DNA from: Selaginella moellendorffii
Lineage: Eukaryota > Plantae > Lycopodiophyta
DNA: 64,000 nucleotides
Assembly: GCF_000143415.4 (NCBI RefSeq)
Contig: NW_003314301.1
Span: 1,604,981-1,668,980 of the forward strand
Direction of reading: 5' to 3'
Every line of letters begins with the position of its first letter. The stretch's first letter is position 1. The notes under the pieces were generated by a model. The model had not been told where the DNA came from and searched no databases. It saw nothing but the letters and a program-made list of their open reading frames with translations. Below are positions 47,601 to 60,289 of the stretch, piece after piece. The position numbers were made by a program, and so were the translations under genes.

Positions 47601-48602
47601 CTGAAGAAGAAACAAAACAAATGTGAGAGACAACTTCAATCACAGTGACTCAACGTTTTGTCAACGTGAATGCCACGGTGAGCTGGAGCAGGAGAACCAA
47701 AATCTGGCTGTCCAACCAATACTGCAATCGCTGAATAAACGAACAATCACATTAAAGTGGAATTTTGAAAAATACCATAATCAAAATGATCAGACAATTG
47801 GTGGGGGCTAGGGCGGACGAAAACTGTTGAGACTGACGTATTCACGGTCTGTATTCCTAAGGTGGCTGTTTCTGTGTATCAAGAGTCGTTTGTCGAACTC
47901 ATTTCAGGTCCGAAACACAGCCAGCAGCGGAAAGAAGGGAGGCAAGAAGAAAATATAAGTTTTTTCAATTCACTTTGATCTGATTCCTTAGATAGGGATT
48001 GGACGACGGCAAATCGTGTTTGTGTAGCTTTTTCTACCGGACTCAATTTAATTCGATTCGCTCCTGTGCTTCTATGGTCTCGCAAAGATGAGGATCACGC
48101 CTTCCGCAAGGTCAAGTGAGGATCAGAACGTTCTCACGAACTTCTGGGTAAGAGATGTTTTTGTCCTCCTTTTGTGCTAGCTTCAGTGTCTAGATTGCAG
48201 CATGCAGGAAGTGGCAGATGTAATGCAGCCTCAAGACGTAGGAGTCGTGACGAGAAGCTCAATCGCTGCCACGACGTGGTTTCCTGGACGAAATGCTTCT
48301 CAAAGGATGACAGGATCGAGGAGATAGCGAGATCACATATTCTGATCCGGCGAGACGCCCAAGAGAGCAAGAGCATGGCGCGGGAGAGTGGGGGCTTAGG
48401 GTGAGGTGCCTGACCTCGGGTGTCCGAGCTCAGCCCGGGTACCACGATCATAATTCTTCCCAAAAGTCTTTGGATTCTCTCGAATTCTAACAAAGTGAAT
48501 TCCAGTCTGCTCCAATTGAAGTTTTGATGGAATTTTTTACATGATCCCCCCAACTAAAGGTCCAATCGAACTCTCCATCCGGAAAATGAGAGGGTATACA
48601 AA

Positions 48603-48905
48603 AAGACTGTCACGATTATTGAGGTTCATAATCCCATCCTCGAGGATACGTTTCCACTTGCTCATTGATCTAGTTACCTGCAAAGACAAAGTCAACTCCA
48701 TCTCTAACTTCAGACAACCAAACCTTCTCAAACTGCGTTAGTACGAGATGAGTTGTCTTTGGCTCCTCTCCAGCTTGATCGATGTCGTTTAACTCGTCCT
48801 CCTCATCGTCATCTTGTTCATTCAAGGGAGGCTCTGATCCTTCGGAGTCCACACCTTCCACTTGTGTTGCTGTCGCTACCAGAGTCTCGTTAGCCGGTTC
48901 TTCTG
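48603..48905 (-). pseudogene. TFIIA large subunit C-terminal fragment with its intron
   Basis: Acidic tract then HLVLTQFEK|VTRSMSKWKRILEDGIMNLNNRDSLF, matching the TFIIA-beta consensus LVLAQFDKVTRTKSRWKC.LKDGIM. Confidence 0.85.
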
Positions 48906-48914
48906 TAGGTTACA

Positions 48915-50440
48915 ATGAGCCTGGCGACGAAGGTTCACAGTCGGATCCATAGTATCGCTCGAAACAGCTCCACGCCGCGGGGTTGTGGCCGTTCTGTGCG
49001 TACGCCGCGGCCGTCTGGATCAAGCTTGGGAAATCTTCGTGACCATGCAGCAGCAGCAGCGTCAGTGCTGGAACGCGATGATGGTGGCATTTGCCATACA
49101 TGCCGATCGAGTTTCCGTTGTTCGAGCAGCCAGCAGCCAAGGTTTCGTGAATCTTTGCCTGCCGGACAGAAGACACGTTACATCCCCCCAGCGCCGCCCA
49201 TTGTCGCAGACATCTCCAGGCTTTGCCTGGATCAAGCCCGTGATCGCAGCATTTCAAGCCGGGACGTCTCGGCAAGGAATCCTGTCCAGCACTTGTCCGG
49301 AATGCCCGAGAAGACTTGCATGGCTTTCTGGACATGCCCGCGGCTATCATCCCAGTCCAAGCCACTAGTAGCCACCTGTAAGTCGTCAAGCAGACAATTG
49401 GCGTGATCATGGCATTGCTCGTGTGTAACAATTCCAGTGCTTCGCGCACGCAGTCGTTCTGGGGTAGGCCTGGATCATGGAATTCCACGAGACCACATTC
49501 TTTCGAAACAAAGTCTCGCCTCCTTCACTTTCCAGCTCAGGCTCACCATCGCAGTAAAAGTTAGAACTTCTCTCGCGAGAACCGTCTCTTCAAACACGCT
49601 CCCGAACGCAGCCCAGGAAACACCATTCCGGAAGCTCATCCCCAATGGTGTTTCCTGGGCTGCGTTCATCAGCTCTCGTGCCCCCGTGATGCACATGAGC
49701 TTGGAATTCCAGGCCATGTCATTGTGTTGTGGCATCTTTCCAGCAAACCAACCGCCTCATCGAGAGCTTGCAGATGTAAAAGCCCCTCAAGCATAACCAT
49801 TGTGAAGCTTTGCCACGATAACCTTTCTGAGCACAGCATACCCGTCCAGGACACGATATTCTTGTCCCGAGTGCCCTCAAACAAAAGCCATGCCTCGTAG
49901 AGAAATCCACCACCATTGTGTTCCAAGAGATGGTGCTGGCATATCCTTAGCATGCCGTATGTGGTGATATCACAACCGTTCCAAGACACAACGTCCCACA
50001 TGGCCATTGCATCCAACACCTTCTTTTCCTTTGAAACGGCGAGCACGCAGTCATGAGTCCCCGTCCATGAGTCAGGCATGGTCAGATTGCCCAGTCCGGG
50101 CATATGCTGCTATGAGAGGATTTGAGGCGTGCTCTTGTGTGGCATCTGCTCAAACAGTTGCCTCGCCTCGTCCATTGATCATATGAGACTGTGTCAAACA
50201 CGAGTCAAACAATCCCTGGTGTAGCTGATGCACCCATTGCAGACGAGCTCCACGATGATTGTGTTGTAGGAGAAGGAATTGAGCTGCTAAATGCTTTGAT
50301 CCAGCCAATGCTGCCGCCTATGTCTTACTAGCAAACATCCAGGTGGATCTCCTTTCCAAGCTCTATCAAGGAATGGAGATGGGGTGCAGCCGCATTTTGG
50401 CCATAGCTCACCATCTTCAAGCTGCGATGATGGTGAGTCA
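48915..50440 (-). pseudogene. Second, deleted and scrambled copy of the PPR gene at 36.8-39.2 kb
   Basis: 48915-50290 is mostly the reverse complement of 36820-38800; 50300-50440 matches 39037-39190 in direct orientation. Confidence 0.85.
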
Positions 50441-50559
50441 CTCTGCTGGTGTTGCTGGTTTAGACTATTAGTCTTTTTAATATTTCAGTTATTAAAAGGA
50501 TTTTTAAAGTTGCTTTGCTTATTAGCAAGAGTTCTTGTAAGAAATGTTTATTAAAATTT

Positions 50560-52050
50560 AATATAAGCATGATGCATTATCCAAAATAGTAAATACTATC
50601 TCATTCATGAAGCTATTTAGCGATTTTTTGGATGAGTTTATGGAGTTTATTAATTTCAACTCTTTTATCACTAATATTTGAGCAAAGGTTTTGTTAAGGG
50701 ATATCTTTACAGATATGAAGGGTGACAAATTTGCATCATTTAAGATACACGATGGAATTCTGGTGAAGAAGGGACATGTGGTGATTCCTTATGTTGACAA
50801 ACTCATTAAATAAATTTTGGTTAAGTGTCATGATGTGCTAGGTATTGGGCATTCAAGGGCACTAAAAATATATATATTGGTGAAGAGGCATTTTTTTGGC
50901 CTAAGATGAAGTCAAATATTAAAAAGTATATATATGATTGTTTGACTTATTAAAAGGTTAAAGTTAATCATCAAAAGTTTGCTAGTCTCTATCATCCTTT
51001 ACATAAGCCACTCGTGGACAAGTTATTAGTACCTTAGAGGAGCTGCATGACATAAACTCCCCCAAGGATGCTATTTGGGTTATTTTGGATCATTTAACAA
51101 AGATGGCTCTAGTGAAAATAACAATTAAAACTTTTAAACTTGCTTAGTTTTTTATAAATTAATTATTCAGCCTCTATAGTTTGCCAAGTGATATTGCGAG
51201 TGATCGAGATCTCAAATTCACTTCTAAGTTTTGGCAAATAGTCTTTAAGAAACTAAAGACTAAGTTGAGTATAAATAGTGGTGAGCATCCACAATTAAAT
51301 GAGCAAACAAAGCATATGAATCAGATGTTAGAAGATATAATAAGGTTTTTTATAGGAAACTTAACTCAACAAAGAGCACAGGAGTACTACTTGTCTTTGC
51401 TCATAATAGCATTCATTAATCAGTTATTGGTGTGTCTCCATTTATGGTGATGTATGGTTATAAGGCTAAATCTCCTATGAGTTTGACTTTGACTTTGGTT
51501 TGGGTACTTTATGCTTGTGATTTCTTTATGCAAGCCAAGCTTGAGTTGGCAAAACTGAATATGAGGCAAATTCAAGATTGAGACAAAAGATTGGTTGATA
51601 ACTATCATCATTATCAAAAGTACAAAGTTAGTGACAATGTTTTTCTTAAATTATTAATTGCATAATGGTCTTTGAAAAAAGGTGGTAGTGTTAAGTTGTC
51701 TCCATAATATTGTGGGTCTTGGACAATTTTACAATGTGTGGGGGATCTTGCTTACACTTTGGACTTGTTAGCTAGTTTAAAGATTCATTTAACATTCCAT
51801 ATAATCATGTTAAAAGTGTGTTTGCACTCTAATGATCAATCCATCATCCAAGTCCCAAAGATTTATGTTGAGAAGGTTAGTCCAGCCAATATTCTTACTT
51901 AAAATATTGGTGAAAACTTGCCGTAAGATAATTTGGGAATTATTAGTTTGTAGAATAGTAATTCCATAAACGAAGTTATATGGGAAATTGATGATGATGT
52001 GAAGAAAGTGTTTTCAAGTTTTAACAATCCTAAGGAAGGGGAAAATTGAG
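50560..52050 (+). mobile_element. Degenerate Ty3/gypsy integrase region with a PPT-like tract
   Basis: IASDRDLKFTSKFWQ, HPQLNEQT..MNQMLE, KLSP*YCG and purine tract AAGGAAGGGGAAAA at about 52032. Confidence 0.85.
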
Positions 52051-52320
52051 TTCTATAACCATATTGCTATATGATTTAATCCATTTGTTTTGTTCTCATT
52101 CTCTTGTTTTCATGACTGTATTATCATATAAAAAATTTATATTGCTTTTTTTCTTTCATGGCTATTTTGTTACCATTTGCACATCCTTTCTCTATAGCTG
52201 TATTGCATTGGACTCCCTTCCTGTAAAACTCATTTAGCTTCTTGAGGCTGTTATATGTGGCTGGATCATAAAATGATACAAACCACAAGAATATTCTAAG
52301 AATATTTTATGGCCCAGGGT

Positions 52321-53570
52321 TCACTCCAGGTGGGTTCTACTTAAGCTGCCAAAGGGGCATTGCAATTTTTTTGAGGATGAGCTGCCACCATGGTACACCA
52401 GCGGCAGATAGTTTGATGCTTGTGGCCGAGCCTTCCTCGTGCAAGGAGAGCCAGCTTTATGTGCAAGAAGCTCAGGTGTAAACCACAGCAATGACTCACT
52501 GCGACTCATGTTGCATAGCATGTTGGTGAATTCCCTATCAGGCAGATTGATTGTCATGAGTTGGATCTTTCCAAACTATCCGTAAGAACTTCGGTAGTAT
52601 AAGTGTTACTATGATCATACCTGGGGTATCTTGTGCTCGTAATCTGAGTAGGGAAAGTTTGGGCAGTTGTTCCCATGGAACTTGATATAAGCTCGATCAT
52701 AAATCCTGTGATTAAACATCTTATAAAAAACATTTCTAGGAAACAAAGAAGAAAAACCTGGCTGCAGCTTCCTCATTGTTGCATGAGCTTATGTAAATCT
52801 GCTTGCTCTTTTCTCATCAGCAAAAAGAGAAAATCAGCATGACTGTCAAAGAACTTCTTTGAGAAAGCCAGAGATAAAGAGAATCTGACATCCTCACCAA
52901 ATGTGTGTCTCCCACCGCTTGATTCGCTTGTAAAACAAACTCCAATGTAGAGGGACGACTTATTAGTGTATCTCCTCGCTGACTTCGGCGGGTTTCGCTT
53001 CCTTTTGCCTGATTCTTGTTGCTTGGATGATGCCACGATCTCCCTGGTCTTCTTCATAGCACATCTCTTGATCTTAGAGCTTGGGCTGTGAGACGAAGTC
53101 TTCATCAAAGAAGTCAGGCTTGGACGTCTCTCCATCACTGAGGCTGGAAACGTTGGAGATGAGATCGACCTCTTCCTCCTCGAATACGTAATACACATCC
53201 TCCACGTCGTTGTGACCACAGCGCTCCTTTCCATGGAAGACATCGTATCTACATCTAAAGGTTGCAAGGAAGCTAAGTTGGCAGCCGCCTTGGTCGCAGC
53301 CCGAGTGGCCATGGAGGGGGCCTCCCTCTTCTCTGTGGCGATCTCACCGGATGATCATCATCACCAGACTCAACATCGGTGGATAAACTCGAGTTCGCTG
53401 GTTCTTCACTGCCATCTTCTTCAGTCTCCGATTGGGCAGCCCATGATGACGAGGAATCCGAGCATGCAGCGCTTGCCAACTCTACTGCTGCCATTGCTGG
53501 TGATGGCACTGCTAGACAGCGTTGCTTTGTTCTTGGCGCCCTTGATGTTGCTGGAGGTACCGGGGGCAAT
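52321..53570 (-). pseudogene. euAP2-like single-AP2-domain pseudogene (type A)
   Basis: SSLYIGVCF(frameshift)KRWETHIW / KQIYISSCNNEEAAAR / IYDRAYIKFHG.NCPNFPYSDY / INLPDREFTNML. Confidence 0.8.
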
Positions 53571-53889
53571 GCAATAGGGGCTCAGGATCATCACCATGAT
53601 CATGAGGAGGAGGTGTTAGCACTGGCATTGGATCAGCTGGAGGGACTTCCAAACATGCTGGCTAGTTGGAGGTGGAAGACGATGGGGTGACGGCCATGGA
53701 AAATCTTTCGCTCTCACCTTTCGTGCCGAACGCCGACAAAGAGTATGCTTGATGGTGGGATCCTGATCCGGGGACGTGGGCATGTCGTAATCATCTAGAA
53801 GAACCTGGAATCTCATTGCAAGAACCTCCATTGCTAGGAGCTCTATCGACAGGCACAAAGAGGTGTGGGAAGTTTGGCGACTGGGTTCA

Positions 53890-54295
53890 CAACTACATGA
53901 GCTTGACTTAGTTTTAAGTTATTGCATTAAGTTGCAAGAAATTGGCTTATATAACTTAATTTTTTGTCATTAAGCTTGTTAATATTTTCAGTTGATATTT
54001 GTAACTACAATTTAAGATTCAATAGTTAGTTAGAATATGCAGTTATTATTAGTAGTCATTATTTGTGACTAGATTTAAAGTCAAAATTATCAATTATTGT
54101 TAGTTGGCATTTGTAGTTGCAAATTATGACTAAATTTTAAGTAATTTATAATGGTTATAAAACTTTCTAAAAAATATTCGATATGTTGTTATTTGTGACT
54201 AAATTTTAAGTCAATTATAATAGTTATAAACCAGAAAATATGTCAAAAAATAAAGTTATAAATATAGTGGTAAATTTAAGTCATTATTTATCACT
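53890..54295. repeat. AT-rich degenerate tandem repeat (TGTGACTAAATTTTAAGTCA units), possibly DNA-transposon subterminal
   Basis: The unit recurs at about 54064, 54126 and 54194. Confidence 0.55.
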
Positions 54296-54664
54296 GCTGG
54301 GCTTTGAGAAATAGTGCTGCACAATGATCAAATATCAAAAATCAACTTCTTTAGCCAAGCATACTTGATTTGAAGAGTGATTCTGAGAATTACAAATTTG
54401 ACTATAGAAACCATTGCTGTAGGCTGTTTTGACTCTTGAAAGTAAAGTAAACACTTTATTGACGAGCACAAATCTTGTTCTTCATGATAACAAGAGGAGC
54501 TCAATCAATGACCAACAAATAGCTGGAACAAGAAGTTAGTATATATATATATATTCCAAAATACCTAATCCTTATGATGGCCAAAAGTGTCATAATAAAA
54601 ATATAGAAGCCCTCGAATGAGCAGATATATGCAGCTTTTGTTGGCCACAAGAAAAGCGAAGAAT

Positions 54665-54985
54665 ATTTAGAGAGCTTGTAATGTTTTTCTAGAAAGAACT
54701 AAAGAACTCCCTGCAGGGTAATCAGACAGTATTCAGGAAGTAACAAACTCAAAAACATCACATACTTGTAAGTGAGTACTCTTTTCTTGATCAATAGCAA
54801 GCAAAATTCTCCCATAACTTGTCTGTTCATACTATGAGAAAGCTGTCTGCATTCACCAGCGACTACCCACTGCAAAGCCCTAATTGTTGTACACTTTCTT
54901 CACCTCTTCGATGTCCTTTTTGCCATAATTGCCCTCTAGTTTCGCTTTCTGGATGTCCCAAGTTTGCAAACAAGCTTCCCCACCT
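54665..54985 (-). pseudogene. Farnesyl diphosphate synthase 3' fragment
   Basis: QKAKLEGNYGKKDIEEVKKVYNN...YEQTSYGRIL, followed by a last-exon remnant resembling QAVLKSFL.KIYK. Confidence 0.65.
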
Positions 54986-55054
54986 TAGTTTTAGCAAGTA
55001 TGTACAAGTTCTGGAAAAAAAATTATTAACAAGTTTTTGCTTGTTATTGATCAA

Positions 55055-56856
55055 GCAAACTGCGCCCAACGCAAAGTCCGAAGCATCCGTTTCTACCTCA
55101 AAGTCCTTACCAAAGTCTGGTAATGCCAACACGGGAGCTTTCCTCAACTTCCCTTTGAGGTGGACGAATGCCGCCTCGCATTCCGCTGTCCATACCATCT
55201 TCCCTTTTCCTGTTTGGTCCGTTAAGGGCATGGCTACTCTCAAATAGTGTCTGATAAACTTTCGATAGTAGTTGCGTAGCCCCAAGAACGCCCTCAACTC
55301 ATGTACATTTGATGGTCGCTCCCATTCCTGGATCGCTTGGACCTTCTCCGGGTCCACCTTAAGCCCGTCCTAGCCCACCACATGCCCGAGAAACTTTACC
55401 TTTGAAGCAAGACAACCATCCAGTAGCGTTCTTCTCGAAGAAGTTAAACAAGGCTCAAAGGAAGTGGCCTGCCCACGAGAAGGAATTATTTGTGGTGGTC
55501 AAGGCACTCAAGGAGTGGCGACACTACGTTAGGAGACACTTCAAGGTTTACACGGACAATGTGGCAATGAAACACTTCTTGTCACAGCCTGATCTGAGAG
55601 GGAAACAAGGTCAGTGGGCCAATGCCTTGGCCGAGTTTGATTGTGAGATTCTGTACAAGCATGGGAAGAGCAACATCATGGCTGATGCCCTAAGTCGAAA
55701 AACGAGCTTGAGGTTGGCGCTATCCAGCGCAACAGCAACCTTCTGGGACGATGTGCGGATAGCATATGAGAACGATGGTCTAGCACAAGAAGTGCTGCTG
55801 AGGAATCTAGAGGCACGGGAAGCTCACCAGAGAGGTGAGCTGCCAACGGAAGAGAAAACAGGCTATGAGGAACGCAACGGACTCATTTATTACAAGCAAA
55901 CGAGGGTGTATGTTCCAGAAGGGGAACTAAGGAAGGTAGCCTTAGAAGAGTGTTATGACGGACCTCTTGCGGGACACGGCAGAGTGCCCAAGACGATGGG
56001 CTTACGCAAGAGGAAGTACCATTAGCCAGATATAGCAAAGGACGTCCAAGACTATGTAAAGACATGTCCAACATGTCAGCAGGTCAAAGCCGTGACTAAG
56101 GCTAGGGGGGGCTTGTTGCAAAGCATCCCAATTCCAGATCGTTCGTGGAAATGTCTTATGATGGACTTCATCACGGAACTTCCCCCAAGCGAGGGGTTTG
56201 ATGCGATATTCGTGGTGGTGGACCGATTTTCGAAAATGACACATTTCATACCCACCACAACGGAAGTGGATGCGGAAGGTGTGGCGAAGCTATTCTTCGA
56301 GCAAGTGGTTCGAATGCGGGGAAGGCCGGAAGAGATTATCTCAGATCGAGATAAGATCTTCACTAGTAGGTTCTGGAGGACTCTCCTGAAATAGTATCGC
56401 ACCAAGTTGAAATTCAGCACAGCCTATCACCCACAGACAGGTATTGGGTATTAAGTCAAGTTTGATGGCACTAACACTTTTTGACAGACGGACAAACGGA
56501 AAGGGTGAATAGGCAGCTGGAGGATTATTTGCGATGCTACGAGGATTGACCTAAGGTTAGGATACTACCAGATCAGGGTAGCTAAGGAAGATGTCGAGAA
56601 GACAACTTGTCAAATGAGGTATGGGAGCTTTGAGTTTCTGGTGATGCCCTTTGGGCTATGCAATGCGCCGGCAACGTTTTCGGCGTTGATGAACCACATC
56701 TTTGTACCCTATCTGGATCACTTCGTGGTTGTCTATATCGACGACATTCTGATCTATAGCGAGACGCTAGAGGAGCATGCCGAACACTTGGAGAAGGTAT
56801 TTGAGAAACTAAGGGAACACAAACTGTATGCTAAAGAGAGCAAATGTGACTTTGCT
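55055..56856. mobile_element. Well-preserved but scrambled Ty3/gypsy pol fragments
   Basis: Minus strand RT-RNaseH linker (55400-55055); plus strand RNaseH-integrase (55402-56540); plus strand RT core with YIDD (56541-56856). Confidence 0.92.
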
Positions 56857-56867
56857 CTCTTCATTTA

Positions 56868-57272
56868 CCTTGCTCTTTCGGCAGAATTCAGGATCAAACC
56901 AGCAGCTCTCATCAATGATTTGATCCGGAAGTCAAAAAGTATGGCAGCTCCAAAGGAGGTGAACACAACATGCTTGATATTCCCCTTCTGGCAAGCTTCC
57001 ATTACATTTCAAGTGCCATCTATAGCAGGTTTTAACACAGCCTATCAATGACAGTTGTATTGTCAATAAGAACAAAAAATCCCCAAGAAAGAAGAAAACT
57101 CACATTTGGATCCTCAAAGTTTAGAGCAACCGGACAAGCTGTATGGAAGACAACATCACAGCCACAAACAGCGGGCGCAAGAGAGTCATAGTCGAGAACA
57201 TCAGCTCTAAACAGCGATAATCTCCCCAGCTCCAAGGAGCTTCTTCAGATGCCCATACTTCTCATTGTTATC
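56868..57272 (-). pseudogene. Cinnamoyl-CoA reductase/DFR-like (extended SDR) fragment with introns
   Basis: LSLFRADVLDYDSL..AV.GCDVVFHTACPV, KHVVFTS and [13 protein letters not shown]. Confidence 0.85.
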
Positions 57273-57344
57273 TGGAATCCAAAGGAATCAAAAGCCAAGA
57301 ATCGATCAATACATAATTGTAACTTTTTTCTAGAAAGAACGACA

Positions 57345-58002
57345 GACATAGCCATTCCCACCTAGGCATTGGATAGCCTGGACATGATTTGAGAATTAGG
57401 AACAGACTAGAATTATGAAAGAGCTTGCCTGCAAAGCCATTTGAGTTGCATTCTCTAATGAAATAGCTGCAGCACAATCCTGTAGACAAGGCTTTAGTCT
57501 AGAAATCCACAGCATTTTGTCAGTTGAATATTACCTTTCTAAATATGTGACCAGCATCACAGCTTCGAGCAACAGAATGAACTAGAGCCCTGTTAAAACC
57601 AAATTGTAGACAATTCAGGAAACAAATGCTGGCAAATCGACATTCTACCTGGAAGCTTGCATCTTAGTGTACATATCAGCTAGCTTTCCCTGTAACATCA
57701 AAGCTCTTGAAAAGTGTGTATGAGAAAGGAGAAAAATACCTATATAAGTTGAAACTCTCCTATAGGCTTTCCAAATTGTTCCCTTTGGCACACATAGGGA
57801 AGAACCACGTCCATGCAAGCTTGCATGAGACCCAAAGGACCAAATGCCAATAAAAGCCTCTTCAAATCCAGCCCAAACATCATCACATAAACACCTGTTA
57901 GTAACAAGTTCAATCTTGAAACCTAGCAAGCTCACCTCTTCCTTCCTGACCAAGAATGTTCTTCAGAGGCACAAAGCAGTCCTGAAACACCAACTTGCAC
58001 CT
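57345..58002 (-). pseudogene. IVD: Isovaleryl-CoA dehydrogenase fragment (6 exons, premature stop)
   Basis: LVFQDCFVP..GVYVMM.GLD...GPLGLMQAC...[15 protein letters not shown]|GKLADMYT...ATQMALQ|AIQCLGGNGY. Confidence 0.9.
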
Positions 58003-60289
58003 AAATAAAAATGTTAGGACATGTGTTCTTACAATGTAGAAGATTGACAACCTAAGTATCACGTCCACACAATCCAAGTTTGTCTAGTTTTTGAGCTGTT
58101 GTGAATCTGGAAGGAGTTAATTGTTAGACTAGCAGGGCTCATCATCGGACTTGAGTAGCACCAAGCTGTTGATCACTGAGAGACCTCGATTTAATTTTCT
58201 TCATACCTTGGAGGGCAAACTCCAGCAGGCTGTGGATCATGAGTACCTCCTCATTGATCAATGCTATGGAAGAAAAGGATCTAAAAATATTTGGGAAGCT
58301 ACACCTTTGAACCTAAACAAGCCAGTGAGGATCCTTGTGACTTGTTCCTGCCCTCTCCACATCCTGGCACCCCCACGTTTGTAGAGGATCTCCATTGCTC
58401 CAACAATTCTGATCCATGCTACAGTCCGTCCCCTACTAATTCTAGGGTAATCTAACCCAAGCTTTTATTTTAATCATGATTTATATTTTTGCTCTCCACA
58501 AAATTTTCATACCCATTGCTTCTACCTTCAACTTTATCATAGCTATAATTTTCAGCCTAAAATTTTTTTTGTTATAACCTCATTAGAAAAAATATAAATA
58601 AAATATTTACAAACTTGTTTTGAAGACTTTGAATTCCTCCTAAACTAATTTTGTTCAAATTTTTTACCTTTTGTCATGTAACAACTTACTTCAAATTACT
58701 TTTCCCAACTTGATTTTCTACATACCTTTTAACAGCTTCAATTCTTTGCACACCTTGTTAGATCGTATAGGGTAGCAGTGGAACCTAGGATTGCAGCACT
58801 GCCGCAACATTGCAGTATGGTTCTGCTGCTCCTCTATATGATCTAACAGGATTGAAGTGAGGCATGATGCAAAACAAGAAAGCAAAGGAACTAAAGAACT
58901 AGAGAAACAAAGGTTGAGCAAATTAGAAGAGATTCTCTCCTTTTTCTTCTACTGGAAAGAGACCACGAACTAAGGACGATCTTTTTCTTAAAGGTTCTGA
59001 AAAATCGTGGCCGTCCACAATGCGCAGCCGCCCATTAAAGCTTTACGTATCAGTGCACGTCCGTATGCAGTGTCGCGTACGTTACTCGTTTGACACCTGT
59101 GTAAGATAAGTATCGACACTGATTCAGTGGAGTCCTAGTCAGCGAATTGTTACTCCTTATTCCTCCAAAGTGCATGAATTCTGGTGAGACAACAAGAAAT
59201 CTTGAGCATGTGACAATGTGCGTCAAATGCGCGGCATGCATCAGAGGTCAATCGGAATGCAACACGTACCTCTTGAAAGTTATTGTGTGTTGGTGAATGG
59301 GAGCTAACAGATATGAACATTTGAAAGTATCCACCTGAAGAATGCATTGAAAATCACATTTTACTTGTGTACCAAAGCTGAGGAACTATAATTTGCATCT
59401 AAATCCTACCATGAAGAATTACTTGCATAACAAAACTGGAAATCACTTCGTCACAGATCAAAGGGAGCAGCCTGAATTTTTACAAAAGAATTGCGGGCAG
59501 TTCTTTGTGGAAATTTAAGAAGGATTTTCATTGCGGATTTGGTATTGTCATTGTGGAAGGAAGTAAAATATGTAGAAGCCTATAAAACCTTTTTCCTAAT
59601 CCTCATTCCTCACGAGCCACAAGGAGATCAATTTCCATGTCCACCATACCTTGATTAGCTGCGGCACCCATTATTGCTGCATTACATTCAATTTCGAAAC
59701 AGAAATGCACTTGAAATATAAAAATCCCCAAAGAGAAGCGGCAGATTCCAGTCAAGTAGCTACTCTTCGGCTCTTTGGTTATTGGCAATATGGTCAAATT
59801 GTAAATTGTGGGACCCACCATTCCTGGACCGTTGAATATTTCGAGCTAAGTGAGAGGCTTTCCCTCTTTTTTAAGCAACAGAAATGTGATGCCCCTCCAA
59901 GACATCAACAGTTACTTCCTTCGCGCTCCTTGAGAATGTTATTAAAATTCAAATTTGTTTTCTGCTTTTATGTACGACTTGCTCACTCAACATTCGGACT
60001 CACGACTGGGATATTTTATTCCGGTCACCGTCCCCTTGGGATGTTATTGTAAAGCACTCACGAGAAAAAAGTAATGGCACTGTCATGGTGAAGCACTCAC
60101 GCAAGAAAACTAGTGATCATCTAGTTTCCTTGCTGCCCTCCAAGCCCTTCGAAACATGGCTTTGAGGTCTCCCCAAACCTCCCTCGTGAGACTTGACTTG
60201 GGAGCTGCTGGTGGATCATAGTTGCTGCTTCCTCCACCCTAACTGTGGCAGCATTTGTCTTCTGCTTGACCTTCCTATCATGAACGCTG

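Noticed and set aside
54665-58002. Functional metabolic cluster of FPS, CCR and IVD
   Set aside because: All three are truncated fragments with stops or frameshifts.
59058-59090. Helitron 3' end (short hairpin plus CTCGT)
   Set aside because: The stem is only 7 bp, the spacer is too short, the end is not CTRR, and the orientation opposes the fragments.
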